Shown here piece after piece: positions 47,503 to 56,396 of a stretch of DNA of 64,000 bases. The translations under genes were made by a program, and so were the position numbers. Source of the DNA: Candidatus Multivorans sp. (GTDB lineage Bacteria; Acidobacteriota; Thermoanaerobaculia; Multivoradales; Multivoraceae); NCBI GenBank assembly GCA_965224025.1, contig OZ245033.1:1536001-1600000 (forward strand). Reading direction: 5' to 3'. How positions within the stretch are numbered: the stretch's first letter is position 1; every line of letters begins with the position of its first letter. The notes under the pieces are model-generated. The model had not been told where the DNA came from. It saw nothing but the letters and a program-made list of their open reading frames with translations, and did not search any database.

Positions 47503-50500
47503 TCCGCCTTCCCTTGGCCGGCGGGCTGGCCGCGGCTTGCCTTGTCGGCCCGGCCGCGGCCCAGGAAGTCGCCGACGAGGAGCCGAACCGCGGCGGCCCG
47601 GCCCGCTACGAGGCGCTCGATCCCGCGTACGCGCTGCAACACCTCCACCCATCCGAGGGCTACGAGGTCTCCCTGTTCGCCTCCGAGCAGAACTTCCCGA
47701 TCGGCAACCCGGTGTCCATGACCTTCGACTCCCGGGGCCGGCTCTGGGTAGCGACCATGCCGTCCTATCCGCAGCGTCTGCCGGACGAGGAACCGGACGA
47801 CAAGATCGTGATCCTCGAGGACCGGGACGGCGACGGCCGCGCCGATCACCACACGGTCTTCGCCCACGGCCTGCACCTGCCCACCGGCTTCGAACTCGGC
47901 GACGGCGGCGCCTACGTCGCGCAGCAGCCCAACCTGATGTTCATCGAGGACACCGACGGCGACGACGTGGCGGACCGCTACGAGGTCATCCTCCACGGCT
48001 TCGGCACCGAGGACAGCCACCATTCGATCTCCGCCTTCACCTGGGGCCCCGGCGGCGGGCTCTACTTCCAGGAGGGCACCTTCCACCACAGCCAGGTCGA
48101 GACTCCGTATGGCCCGGTGCGCCTGGTCGACGCCGGCGTGTTCCGCTACAAGCCGAATCGGTTCCAACTCGAGGTCTTCGTCTCCTACCCCTTCGCCAAC
48201 CCGTGGGGGCACATCTTCGACCGCTGGGGCCAGAACTTCATCGCCGACGCCTCCGGCGGCGCGAACTACTTCGGCGCTCCGATCACCGGCAACGCCCCCT
48301 ACCCGACGAAGCGGCGCCGGATGAAGGTGTTCACACAGGTCGTCCGGCCGACCTCCGGCTGCGAGATCGTCAGCTCGCGCCACTTCCCCGACGAGGCCCA
48401 GGGCAACTTCCTCGTCAACAACACGATCGGCTTTCAGGGCATCAAGCAGCATCGGATGATCGAGGAGGACTCGGGCTTCACCTCGGAGGAGGTCGAGCCC
48501 CTCCTCTACTCGACGGACATCAACTTCCGCCCCGTCGACCTCCAGTTCGCGCCGGACGGCTCGCTCTACCTGGTCGACTGGTTCAACCCCCTGATCGGCC
48601 ACATGCAGTACTCGCTGCGCGACGAGCGGCGCGACCACGACCACGGCCGCGTCTGGCGGGTGCGGCACACCGGCAGGCCCTTGCTCAACCCGCCGGAAAT
48701 CGCGGGCGCCTCGACTCCGGCGCTGATCGGTCTGCTCGAGAGCTACGAGGACCGCACCCGCTACCGCGTCCGGAGGGAACTGCGGGAACGCCCGAGGGAC
48801 CAGGTCCTGACCGCGCTGCGTGACTGGCTCGAAGGCCTTGATGTGCGGCAGAGCCGCCAAAGCCGCCTCCAGGCCGGACAGGAGACGAGCGCCGGCGAGG
48901 ACGAGGACGGTCAGAAGAAGGTCGCCGAGTTCGAGCACCACCGCCTGGAGGGGCTCTGGCTCTACCAGAGCCTGAACGTCGTCGAACCCGATCTCCTGGC
49001 CCGGATGCTCCGTTCGCCCGAGCCGCGGGCGCGGGCCGCCGCGACCCGGGTGGCCCGATTCTGGCGCCGAGAACTCGACGATCCGCTGGCGATCCTGGCC
49101 ACCCAGGTCGAGGACGAGTTTCCGCGCGCCCGGCTCGAAGCACTGCTCGGGCTGAGCTACCTGGAGTCGGAACCGGCGGCCCTGGCGGCACTCCGAGCGC
49201 TTGAACGAACCACCGACTACTACCTCGACTACACGCTCAAGGAAACCGTCGACACGCTGGAGTCCTGGTGGCGGCCCGCGTTCGCTCCAGACCGCGAGCC
49301 CCCTCTGCTCGACGAGCTGCCGGCCGCCGCGGGCGAGTATCTGCTCAGCCGCCTGTCCACGCGGGACCTGGAACAGCTCGGGGCCCATCCGCTGACCGAC
49401 CGCGCGCTGCTGCGCCGCGCCCAGGCGAGCGTCGGACGCCAGCGCCAGGCGATCGCGAACCTGGCCGCAGACCGCGCGATGACCGGCGTCGAAGACGCGC
49501 CGACCGCGATAGCAGTTGCTGCCACGGCCCTGCTGGCGGAAGAACTGGGCCGCCTCGACCGCGTCGACCGCGTCGACCCTCCCGCAGCGGAGACCATCGA
49601 CCGGATCGTTCTCCACCTGCTGGAGCAGACGACCGCTGCACTGGGTACAGCGCAGCCGGCGCTGCGCGAGCTGGCGGCGGACGGCGACAGCCAGAAGGTT
49701 CGAAGCGGCGCCATGGCCGCCCTGATGGCGGCCGCAGGCGACACGTCGCCACGGAGCGTGCTGCCCCGCCCGCCGGGGCCGAACCAACTGATCGACTGGC
49801 TGCGAGCCGTTGACGCCTTGCCGGCCGCGCTGCGTGTCGATGCCTATCCATCGGTGTCCGCGCTCTTCGACGACCGGCGCGGCCCGGACCGGCAGCGGGT
49901 GCTGGAAGCAGCGGCGCACACCCTCGCCGGCATCACCCGCGACGCCGGCCGGAGCTTCGAACGGCTGGCTGGTCTGGCCGTGGATCCCACAATCGGCCTG
50001 GCCGCGCTCGAGGGTCTGGGGCAACTGACGGCCGCGCCGCCGAACGCCTGGCCGGCGGACGGCGGCGAAGAAGCCCTCGCCGCCCCGATCGTCGCCGCGA
50101 TCAAAGGGGCCGACTCGCGCGATCTGACCTCGCCGCGTTTCCGGCGTATCCACGACCTCGGCATCCGGGTCGCCGACCGCCTGATCGAGCGGACCGGCGG
50201 CGAGCGCGGCGACGACCTGCGCGAGGAGCTCGTGAACCTCGGGCCTGCGATCGTGACGCTGCGGCCCGTCCCCCACCAGATGCTCTTCGACCTCGAGGAG
50301 TTCACGGTGCGAGCCGGCGGACCGGTCGAGATCACCTTCGAGAACATCGACGTGATGCCTCACAACGTCGTCGTCACGCGGCCGGGAGCGCTGGAGGAAG
50401 TGGGCCGGGCAGCCGACGCCGAGGCGGAGCGCAACCCAGCCGGCGCCGAGGCCTCGGGCTACGTTCCGAAGACGCCCCTGGTCCTGTTCAAGACCGGTCT

Positions 50501-51188
50501 GGTCCAGCCCGGCGGCACGGAGGTCCTGAGCTTCACCGCTCCGACGTCACCCGGCCTGTACCCCTTCGTCTGCACGTTTCCCGGCCACTGGATCCTGATG
50601 AAGGGCACGATGCGCGTGGTCGAGCGGCTCGACGGAACCGCGGTCACCCGCTATGCCGCGCCACGCCTCCCTCCCGACGTGCCCCAGCGCGCCTTCGTCG
50701 CCGACTGGAGCTACGACATGCTGGAGACCGATGTCGGCGAACTCATGGCGGCGCCGCCCGCCGGCGAAGAGCAGCTCGACCGCGGCCGGCGCCTGTTCAT
50801 GGAGACCGGCTGCGCCACCTGCCACCAGCTCGGCGGCGCCGGCGGTGAGATCGGCCCTGCCCTGGATGACGTCGGCGAGCGGCTGACCGCGCTCGACACG
50901 CTGCGGCACATCCTCGAGCCCTCGGACGAGGTGGCCGAGGACTACCGCACCTGGCTCGTCGAGACCCGCGACGGCCGCTTCCATTCGGGGCTGCTCGCCT
51001 CCGCCGACGACCGCGCCGTCCACCTTCGCTCCAACCCCCTGGACCCGAACCACGTCGAGACGATTCGGCGCGAGGAGATCGAGAGTCTCAACGAGTCCTC
51101 CCTCTCGCCCATGCCGAGCGGCCTCCTCAGCACGCTCCAACCGTCGGAGGTCCGGGATCTGATCCGCTACGTCCTGCATTCGCCGTGA
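47499..51188 (+). CDS. PVC-type membrane-bound dehydrogenase-like protein: beta-propeller + HEAT + cupredoxin + cytochrome c
   Basis: LFASE..NPVSMTFDSRGRLWV propeller; MPHNVV and CTFPGHWILM type-1 Cu ligands; CATCH heme motif, IGPAL, SPMPSGL. Confidence 0.88.
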   Translation: MIRLPLAGGLAAACLVGPAAAQEVADEEPNRGGPARYEALDPAYALQHLHPSEGYEVSLFASEQNFPIGNPVSMTFDSRGRLWVATMPSYPQRLPDEEPDDKIVILEDRDGDGRADHHTVFAHGLHLPTGFELGDGGAYVAQQPNLMFIEDTDGDDVADRYEVILHGFGTEDSHHSISAFTWGPGGGLYFQEGTFHHSQVETPYGPVRLVDAGVFRYKPNRFQLEVFVSYPFANPWGHIFDRWGQNFIADASGGANYFGAPITGNAPYPTKRRRMKVFTQVVRPTSGCEIVSSRHFPDEAQGNFLVNNTIGFQGIKQHRMIEEDSGFTSEEVEPLLYSTDINFRPVDLQFAPDGSLYLVDWFNPLIGHMQYSLRDERRDHDHGRVWRVRHTGRPLLNPPEIAGASTPALIGLLESYEDRTRYRVRRELRERPRDQVLTALRDWLEGLDVRQSRQSRLQAGQETSAGEDEDGQKKVAEFEHHRLEGLWLYQSLNVVEPDLLARMLRSPEPRARAAATRVARFWRRELDDPLAILATQVEDEFPRARLEALLGLSYLESEPAALAALRALERTTDYYLDYTLKETVDTLESWWRPAFAPDREPPLLDELPAAAGEYLLSRLSTRDLEQLGAHPLTDRALLRRAQASVGRQRQAIANLAADRAMTGVEDAPTAIAVAATALLAEELGRLDRVDRVDPPAAETIDRIVLHLLEQTTAALGTAQPALRELAADGDSQKVRSGAMAALMAAAGDTSPRSVLPRPPGPNQLIDWLRAVDALPAALRVDAYPSVSALFDDRRGPDRQRVLEAAAHTLAGITRDAGRSFERLAGLAVDPTIGLAALEGLGQLTAAPPNAWPADGGEEALAAPIVAAIKGADSRDLTSPRFRRIHDLGIRVADRLIERTGGERGDDLREELVNLGPAIVTLRPVPHQMLFDLEEFTVRAGGPVEITFENIDVMPHNVVVTRPGALEEVGRAADAEAERNPAGAEASGYVPKTPLVLFKTGLVQPGGTEVLSFTAPTSPGLYPFVCTFPGHWILMKGTMRVVERLDGTAVTRYAAPRLPPDVPQRAFVADWSYDMLETDVGELMAAPPAGEEQLDRGRRLFMETGCATCHQLGGAGGEIGPALDDVGERLTALDTLRHILEPSDEVAEDYRTWLVETRDGRFHSGLLASADDRAVHLRSNPLDPNHVETIRREEIESLNESSLSPMPSGLLSTLQPSEVRDLIRYVLHSP

Positions 51189-53737
51189 TGCCCAAGCGCC
51201 GCTGGCTGTCCGCCGTCGTCCTGTCCGCCGCGGCAGCGGCCGGCGAACCGGCGATCGCACAGCACGGCGCCGTGGGCGGGGAATGGCGCGAGTACGGCGG
51301 CGACGCCGGCGGCACGAAGTACGCGCCGCTCGGGCAGATTCACCGCGCCAACGTTCAGGACATCGAGGTGCGCTGGCGATGGGCCTCGCCCGACAACGCG
51401 ATCGCCGAACCGGGCGGCGAACGGAGCATCGTCGCCTTCGAGTCGACGCCCCTGATGGTCGACGGCGTGCTCTACACCAGCACCTCGTTCAGTCAGGCGG
51501 CAGCGATCGACGCGGAAACCGGTGAACAGATCTGGGTCCACGATCCGAAGAGCTACCTGTCCGGCCGTCCCCCGAACAACGGCTTCCTGCATCGCGGACT
51601 CGCCTACTGGACCGACGGTGAGACCGAGACGGTCTACCTCGCCACCGGCGACGCCCGCCTGATCGCGCTCGATCCGGCCACGGGCACGCCGCGAAGGAGC
51701 TTCGGCAACGCCGGCACGGTCGACCTCACCGCCGGCATCCGCTCCCTCAGCGGCAGGTCAGACCAGTACGGACACACCTCGCCGCCGGCTGTGGTCGGCG
51801 ACGTGCTGGTCGTCGGGTCCTCGGTCATGGACTGGGCGCCGCGGCCCGAGTGGCCGCCGGGCGACGTCCGCGGCTACGACGCCAGGACGGGCCGGCGCCT
51901 GTGGACCTTTCACACCGTCCCGCGGCCGGGCCAGCTCGGCTACTCGACCTGGCAGAACGGCGCCGCGGAGCGCATCGGCGGCGCGAACGTGTGGGCGCCG
52001 ATGACCGCCGACCCGGAGCTCGGCTATGTCTACCTGCCCGTCAGCGCTCCGTCGAACCACTTCTACGGCGGCCACCGCAAGGGCGACAACCTGTTCGCCA
52101 ACAGCCTGGTCTGCCTCGACGCCAGGACGGGCCGCCGCGTCTGGCACTACCAGGTCGTCCATCACGACATCTGGGACTTCGACCTCCCCGCGCCGCCCAA
52201 CCTGGTCGACATCACCGTCGACGGCAGGGAGATTCCCGCGGTCGCCCTGGTTACCAAGCAGGGCTGGGTCTTCGTCTTCGACCGCCGCAACGGCAAGCCC
52301 GTGTGGCCGATCCATGAAGTGCCGGCGCCGCAGTCCCAGGCGCCGGGGGAACGCACCGCTCTGACCCAACCCCGGCCGACCAAACCGCCACCCTTCGACC
52401 GTCAGGGAATCGCACGGGAAGAACTGGGCGACGGCGCCGAAGAGGTGCTCGCCGACCTCGACTGGGGGGAGATCTATACGCCGCCATCGACCCGCGGCGC
52501 GGTGATCTACCCCGGCCTCGGCGGCGGCGCGAACTGGGGTGGCGCCGCCTTCGACCCCACGAGATCGATCCTCTACGTTCCGGTTCTGGGTGTGGTCCCC
52601 TTTCAGGTTCGCCTCTACCGGACGGCCATCCCCGATTACCTCCTGTACGAGACCGGCATCCTCGGCGCCCCGGGCAACCGTTACCTGCTCAAGCCGCCGT
52701 GGGGTCACATCACCGCTTTCGACCTCGACCGCGGCGAGATCCTCTGGCAACGGACGAACGACGGTTTCGACGGCTACGCCGGCACCGCGTCCCTTCTCGC
52801 CACCCAGGAACTCTTGTTCTACGCCAACCGGTCGCGGCCGGTGCTGACCGTCCTCGACGCGGCGAACGGCGATTTGCTGCGCACCATCCCCCTGCCGGGC
52901 AACGCCTCCGGCGTTCCCATGAGCTACACCGCCTCCGGCCGTCAGTACCTCGTCGTCGCGGTCGGCGCCGACGGCGATGACGCCGAACTGGTTGCCCTCT
53001 CCCTGGCCTCTGACCTGCCCGAGCAGCATCCCGGCACCCTGGGATTCGCCGTCACCGCAACGGCGGCGCGGGAGTCCGACGGCGAGGTCGCCTTGAGCGT
53101 GGTCCGCGCCGGCGGCAGCGACGGCGCCGTCAGCGTCAACCTGCGGACGGCCGGCGGCTCGGCCACCCCGGATGTCGATTATGAACCCGTTGCCCGCACT
53201 CTCGCCTGGGGCCACGGCGACAGCACCGCCAAACCGATGACTCTCCAGCTCCTGGCCGACGCCGTGAACGAGGAGTCCGAGACGATCGAACTCGAACTCC
53301 GCGATCCGCGCGGAGGCGCCGCCCTCGGCGAACGCCGCATGGTCGTCACGATCGACGAGGCCGACAGCGGGCCGACCGAGCCGATCGAAGAGTGTGTCGC
53401 CGACGCCACGACACTGTGCCTGGGCGGCGGGCGCTTCCGGGCACGCGTCCGCTACGCCACCGACAAGGGCGAGACCGGCTTGGGCAACGGCGTCCTTCTC
53501 ACGGGAGACACCGGGTACTTCAGCTTCTTCGACGCTTCCAACGTCGAGATCGTGGTGAAGGTCCTCGACGGCTGCGGGCTGAACGGCAAGTACTGGCTCT
53601 ACGCCACCGGCCTGACCAACGTGGAGGTCGAGTTGGAAGTTGCCGATCCGGCAACCCAAACGCGGCACGTGTACGTCAATCCCCTGGCCAACCCGTTCCA
53701 GCCGATCGCTGACCACGGCGCCTTCGACTGCGAGTGA
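51188..53737 (+). CDS. PQQ-dependent glucose/quinate-type dehydrogenase with Calx-beta and C-terminal Cys domain
   Basis: WREYGGD..TKYAPL.QI, STPLMVDG, GGANVW, HHDIWDFD, GGANWGG; Calx-beta ATPDVDY; tail CVADATTLCLGGGRF...VKVLDGC...AFDCE. Confidence 0.88.
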   Translation: MPKRRWLSAVVLSAAAAAGEPAIAQHGAVGGEWREYGGDAGGTKYAPLGQIHRANVQDIEVRWRWASPDNAIAEPGGERSIVAFESTPLMVDGVLYTSTSFSQAAAIDAETGEQIWVHDPKSYLSGRPPNNGFLHRGLAYWTDGETETVYLATGDARLIALDPATGTPRRSFGNAGTVDLTAGIRSLSGRSDQYGHTSPPAVVGDVLVVGSSVMDWAPRPEWPPGDVRGYDARTGRRLWTFHTVPRPGQLGYSTWQNGAAERIGGANVWAPMTADPELGYVYLPVSAPSNHFYGGHRKGDNLFANSLVCLDARTGRRVWHYQVVHHDIWDFDLPAPPNLVDITVDGREIPAVALVTKQGWVFVFDRRNGKPVWPIHEVPAPQSQAPGERTALTQPRPTKPPPFDRQGIAREELGDGAEEVLADLDWGEIYTPPSTRGAVIYPGLGGGANWGGAAFDPTRSILYVPVLGVVPFQVRLYRTAIPDYLLYETGILGAPGNRYLLKPPWGHITAFDLDRGEILWQRTNDGFDGYAGTASLLATQELLFYANRSRPVLTVLDAANGDLLRTIPLPGNASGVPMSYTASGRQYLVVAVGADGDDAELVALSLASDLPEQHPGTLGFAVTATAARESDGEVALSVVRAGGSDGAVSVNLRTAGGSATPDVDYEPVARTLAWGHGDSTAKPMTLQLLADAVNEESETIELELRDPRGGAALGERRMVVTIDEADSGPTEPIEECVADATTLCLGGGRFRARVRYATDKGETGLGNGVLLTGDTGYFSFFDASNVEIVVKVLDGCGLNGKYWLYATGLTNVEVELEVADPATQTRHVYVNPLANPFQPIADHGAFDCE

Positions 53738-53771
53738 TCTCGTGTTACACTGATTCCGTGTTTCACGAGAT
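53737..53771. promoter_or_regulatory. Inverted repeat upstream of TA pair (operator or terminator)
   Basis: ATCTCGTGTTACAC / GTGTTTCACGAGAT, 12/14 complementary. Confidence 0.55.
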
Positions 53772-53780
53772 GAGGCGAGC

Positions 53781-54008
53781 ATGAACTTGACGATCTCCGT
53801 AGACAGTCATGTCCTCAAGCGAGCCCGGATTCGCGCAGTGGAGGAGGACACCTCCGTGAACGCCGTGCTCCGCGACTGGCTTGAAGCGTACGCCGGCGGC
53901 GCCGGAAGGAACCGTCAGGCGGTCCGTCGGCTGTTGCGACTGTCGGAAATCAGCGGTTCCGGGCGCGGGGGCGCCAGGTGGACCCGCGACGAACTGCATG
54001 AGCGCTGA
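53781..54008 (+). CDS. RHH-type antitoxin
   Basis: MNLTISVD..VLKRARIRA...TSVNAVLRDWLE...WTRDELHER; overlaps the PIN gene. Confidence 0.85.
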   Translation: MNLTISVDSHVLKRARIRAVEEDTSVNAVLRDWLEAYAGGAGRNRQAVRRLLRLSEISGSGRGGARWTRDELHER

Positions 54009-54426
54009 GCCCTGGTTCGTCGACACGAACGTGCTGGTCTACATGTTCGACGACGACTCGCCTCGCAAGCAGAAGGTCGCCCGAGAACTCCTCGACGAGG
54101 AGGCGGACCGAATCGTGCTGAGCACACAGGTTCTCAGCGAGTTCTACGTGACCGTGACGCGCAAGCTGGCCAGACCGCTCTCTTCCGACCGCGCCATCGA
54201 GGCGTTGGATGCGCTCTGTGAGCTTCCCGTCCACACACTGGGAACCGACATCGTGCGCTCGGCGGTCCGTAGAAGCGCCAGATCACAGGTGTCCTACTGG
54301 GACGCACTGATCATCGAGACCGCGCTCGCGGCAGGTGCCACCGTGCTCTTGACCGAGGACCTGCGGGATGGTCAAACGTTCGGGCATCTTCGTGTGGCCA
54401 ATCCTCTCCTCGGGCAATCGCCGTAG
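53998..54426 (+). CDS. PIN-domain (VapC-like) toxin
   Basis: FVDTNVLVY, STQVLSEF, SYWDALII, LLTEDL. Confidence 0.9.
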   Translation: MSAEPWFVDTNVLVYMFDDDSPRKQKVARELLDEEADRIVLSTQVLSEFYVTVTRKLARPLSSDRAIEALDALCELPVHTLGTDIVRSAVRRSARSQVSYWDALIIETALAAGATVLLTEDLRDGQTFGHLRVANPLLGQSP

Positions 54427-54447
54427 ACACTCTGCCCACAACCGGCG

Positions 54448-55803
54448 CTACTGTGGCGGTAACTGTCCAAGGCGCTCGAACGCCTCCATATGGACCGCGG
54501 CTTCCTCCCCGCGGCCCAGGGACTCGAGAACCCGGGCGTAGTTGAAGCGGAGCGGCGCGTTGCCGTCGAGCCCGAGTTCGAGCGCCCGCTCCAGCCGCTC
54601 GGCGGCTTCGGCCAGACGACCGGCCTCGGCGGCGATGAGCCCCAGCAGGGCGTGGGCTTCGCCGAGATCGGGATCGAGCGCCACGGCGCGTTCGAGCGCG
54701 GGCCCGGCATCCTCGGCGCGCCCGCCCGCGTGCAGGAACATCCCCTCCAGGTAGTGGTGCTCGACCCGGTTCGGCTCTAGCCTTCGCGCCTCGGCGGCGC
54801 TGGCCGCGGCGTCCTCGACTCGGCCCATGGAGAACAGCACCTTGCCCCGCAACGAGTGCACGTCCGCGGCCAGCGGATCATCGGGGCGGCCCGCAGGGCC
54901 GAGAAGAAGCTCGAGCGCAGCTTCGAGATTGCCCGCTGCCGCCAGCCTCTGCGCTTCAGACAAGGCCGACGCCGTCTCGGCAGAGGCTGCGCGCTCCTTC
55001 GCCGCTGCGCGCTCTCGCGCGCCCTCGAGCGACCGGTAGCGGTCGAGAGCCGCCTGGGCGGCTTCCCGGTCGCCGGCCGCGGCGAGGGTCCGCCCGAGAC
55101 GATACGCCACTTCCGGGTCGTCCGGCGCGAATTCCCCGGCGGCGCGCAGGTGCTCGAGCGCTTCCGGGTAGCGCGTTTCCGCCGAGAGAACGTCGGCCGC
55201 CTCCAGGTGCACCACGACCGGGTTGCCCACACCGGCGTCGAGGGCGCTCCGCAGGTAGCCCAGGGCCTCGCCGCGGCGGGCCGGATCGCGTGCCAACGCC
55301 AGCCCGCGCGCGAGGTCGAGGCCTGGACTCTCGAGGTTCTCGGCCGCGGCCGCTGAAGTGGCCGCCAGCGCCTCCCCTGCCTGGCCGTCCGCCAGCCGGA
55401 GCAGGGCCAGTTGCTCGTAGATGTCAGCGTTGCCGAATTGGCGGGCCGCACCCAGATCCAGCAGCCGGACCGCCTCGCCGGTGCGATCCAGGTCACGGAG
55501 AAGCAGCGCCGGCGCCAGGTAGGCCGACGCGACTTCGCCGGGCGCTACCGCCCCATCGTCCGGCTCAAGCGCGCGCGCGCGAGCGAACGCGGCAAGGGCA
55601 TCCTCGGTGCGGCCGAGCGCCGTCAGCGCCCGGGCTAGAGCGAGCACGGGCACGAACTCCCGGGGGGCGCGCTCCACTGTCGCACGCGCCTGTGCGAGGG
55701 CCTCGACCGGATCGCCCGGCGCCGGCGCAAGCTGGCCCGGAACGGTCTGGCCCGGGACAAGCACCGCTATGGCGACCAGCAGGAGGACGGCGAAGCGGGA
55801 CAC
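54448..55803 (-). CDS. Secreted TPR protein
   Basis: Signal peptide and repeated TPR-like helices (ERAVALDPD..EAHALLG). Confidence 0.8.
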   Translation of the reverse strand: MSRFAVLLLVAIAVLVPGQTVPGQLAPAPGDPVEALAQARATVERAPREFVPVLALARALTALGRTEDALAAFARARALEPDDGAVAPGEVASAYLAPALLLRDLDRTGEAVRLLDLGAARQFGNADIYEQLALLRLADGQAGEALAATSAAAAENLESPGLDLARGLALARDPARRGEALGYLRSALDAGVGNPVVVHLEAADVLSAETRYPEALEHLRAAGEFAPDDPEVAYRLGRTLAAAGDREAAQAALDRYRSLEGARERAAAKERAASAETASALSEAQRLAAAGNLEAALELLLGPAGRPDDPLAADVHSLRGKVLFSMGRVEDAAASAAEARRLEPNRVEHHYLEGMFLHAGGRAEDAGPALERAVALDPDLGEAHALLGLIAAEAGRLAEAAERLERALELGLDGNAPLRFNYARVLESLGRGEEAAVHMEAFERLGQLPPQ

Positions 55804-55821
55804 GAGCGATCAGCGTAGCAG

Positions 55822-56391
55822 TCACTCCCCGGCGAAGAGAGCCCTGAGTGCGGCGTCGAGCGTCGCACCTCGCGCGTCCACGGCCACCAGCCGTCCCCGA
55901 CGGTCGAACAGCAGGGACCGCGGCGGGTACTCCACCTGGAAGCGCCGGGCCAGGGCCCCGCCCGCGCCCAGCCCGTCGAAGAGGACCGGCCAGTTGACGC
56001 CCTGCCGGTGGCTGAAGCTCCGCAGGTCGCGGCGCGAGCAGCGGTCGAGTGAAACGGAGAGGATCACGAGTCCCCGGTCGGCGTAGGCCGTCCGGGCCCG
56101 CTCCAGGTGGGGAAAGTCGGCGAGGCAGGGAGCGCACCAGGTGGCCCAGAAGTCCAGCAGAACGATGCGACCCTCGAAGTCGCCCGCGGTCCAGACCCAG
56201 CCGTCGAGATCGCGGACGTCCAGGTCGGCCCACAGGTCGGCCAGCCGGGCCCCACGCAGCTCCGGGGCGCCCGCCGCGTCCGCGCTCTCCGGCGTCGCGC
56301 CTCCATCGAGGGCGAACGCGGCCGGCGCCGCGGATGCGAGAGCCAGCGAAGCCGCAAGAACCAGCCGGGAAACGTTCGCTTGCTTCGGCAC
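55822..56391 (-). CDS. TlpA-family thiol-disulfide oxidoreductase
   Basis: VLLDFWATWCAPC, ILSVSLD, YPPRSLLFDRRG. Confidence 0.88.
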   Translation of the reverse strand: MPKQANVSRLVLAASLALASAAPAAFALDGGATPESADAAGAPELRGARLADLWADLDVRDLDGWVWTAGDFEGRIVLLDFWATWCAPCLADFPHLERARTAYADRGLVILSVSLDRCSRRDLRSFSHRQGVNWPVLFDGLGAGGALARRFQVEYPPRSLLFDRRGRLVAVDARGATLDAALRALFAGE

Positions 56392-56396
56392 TACTG

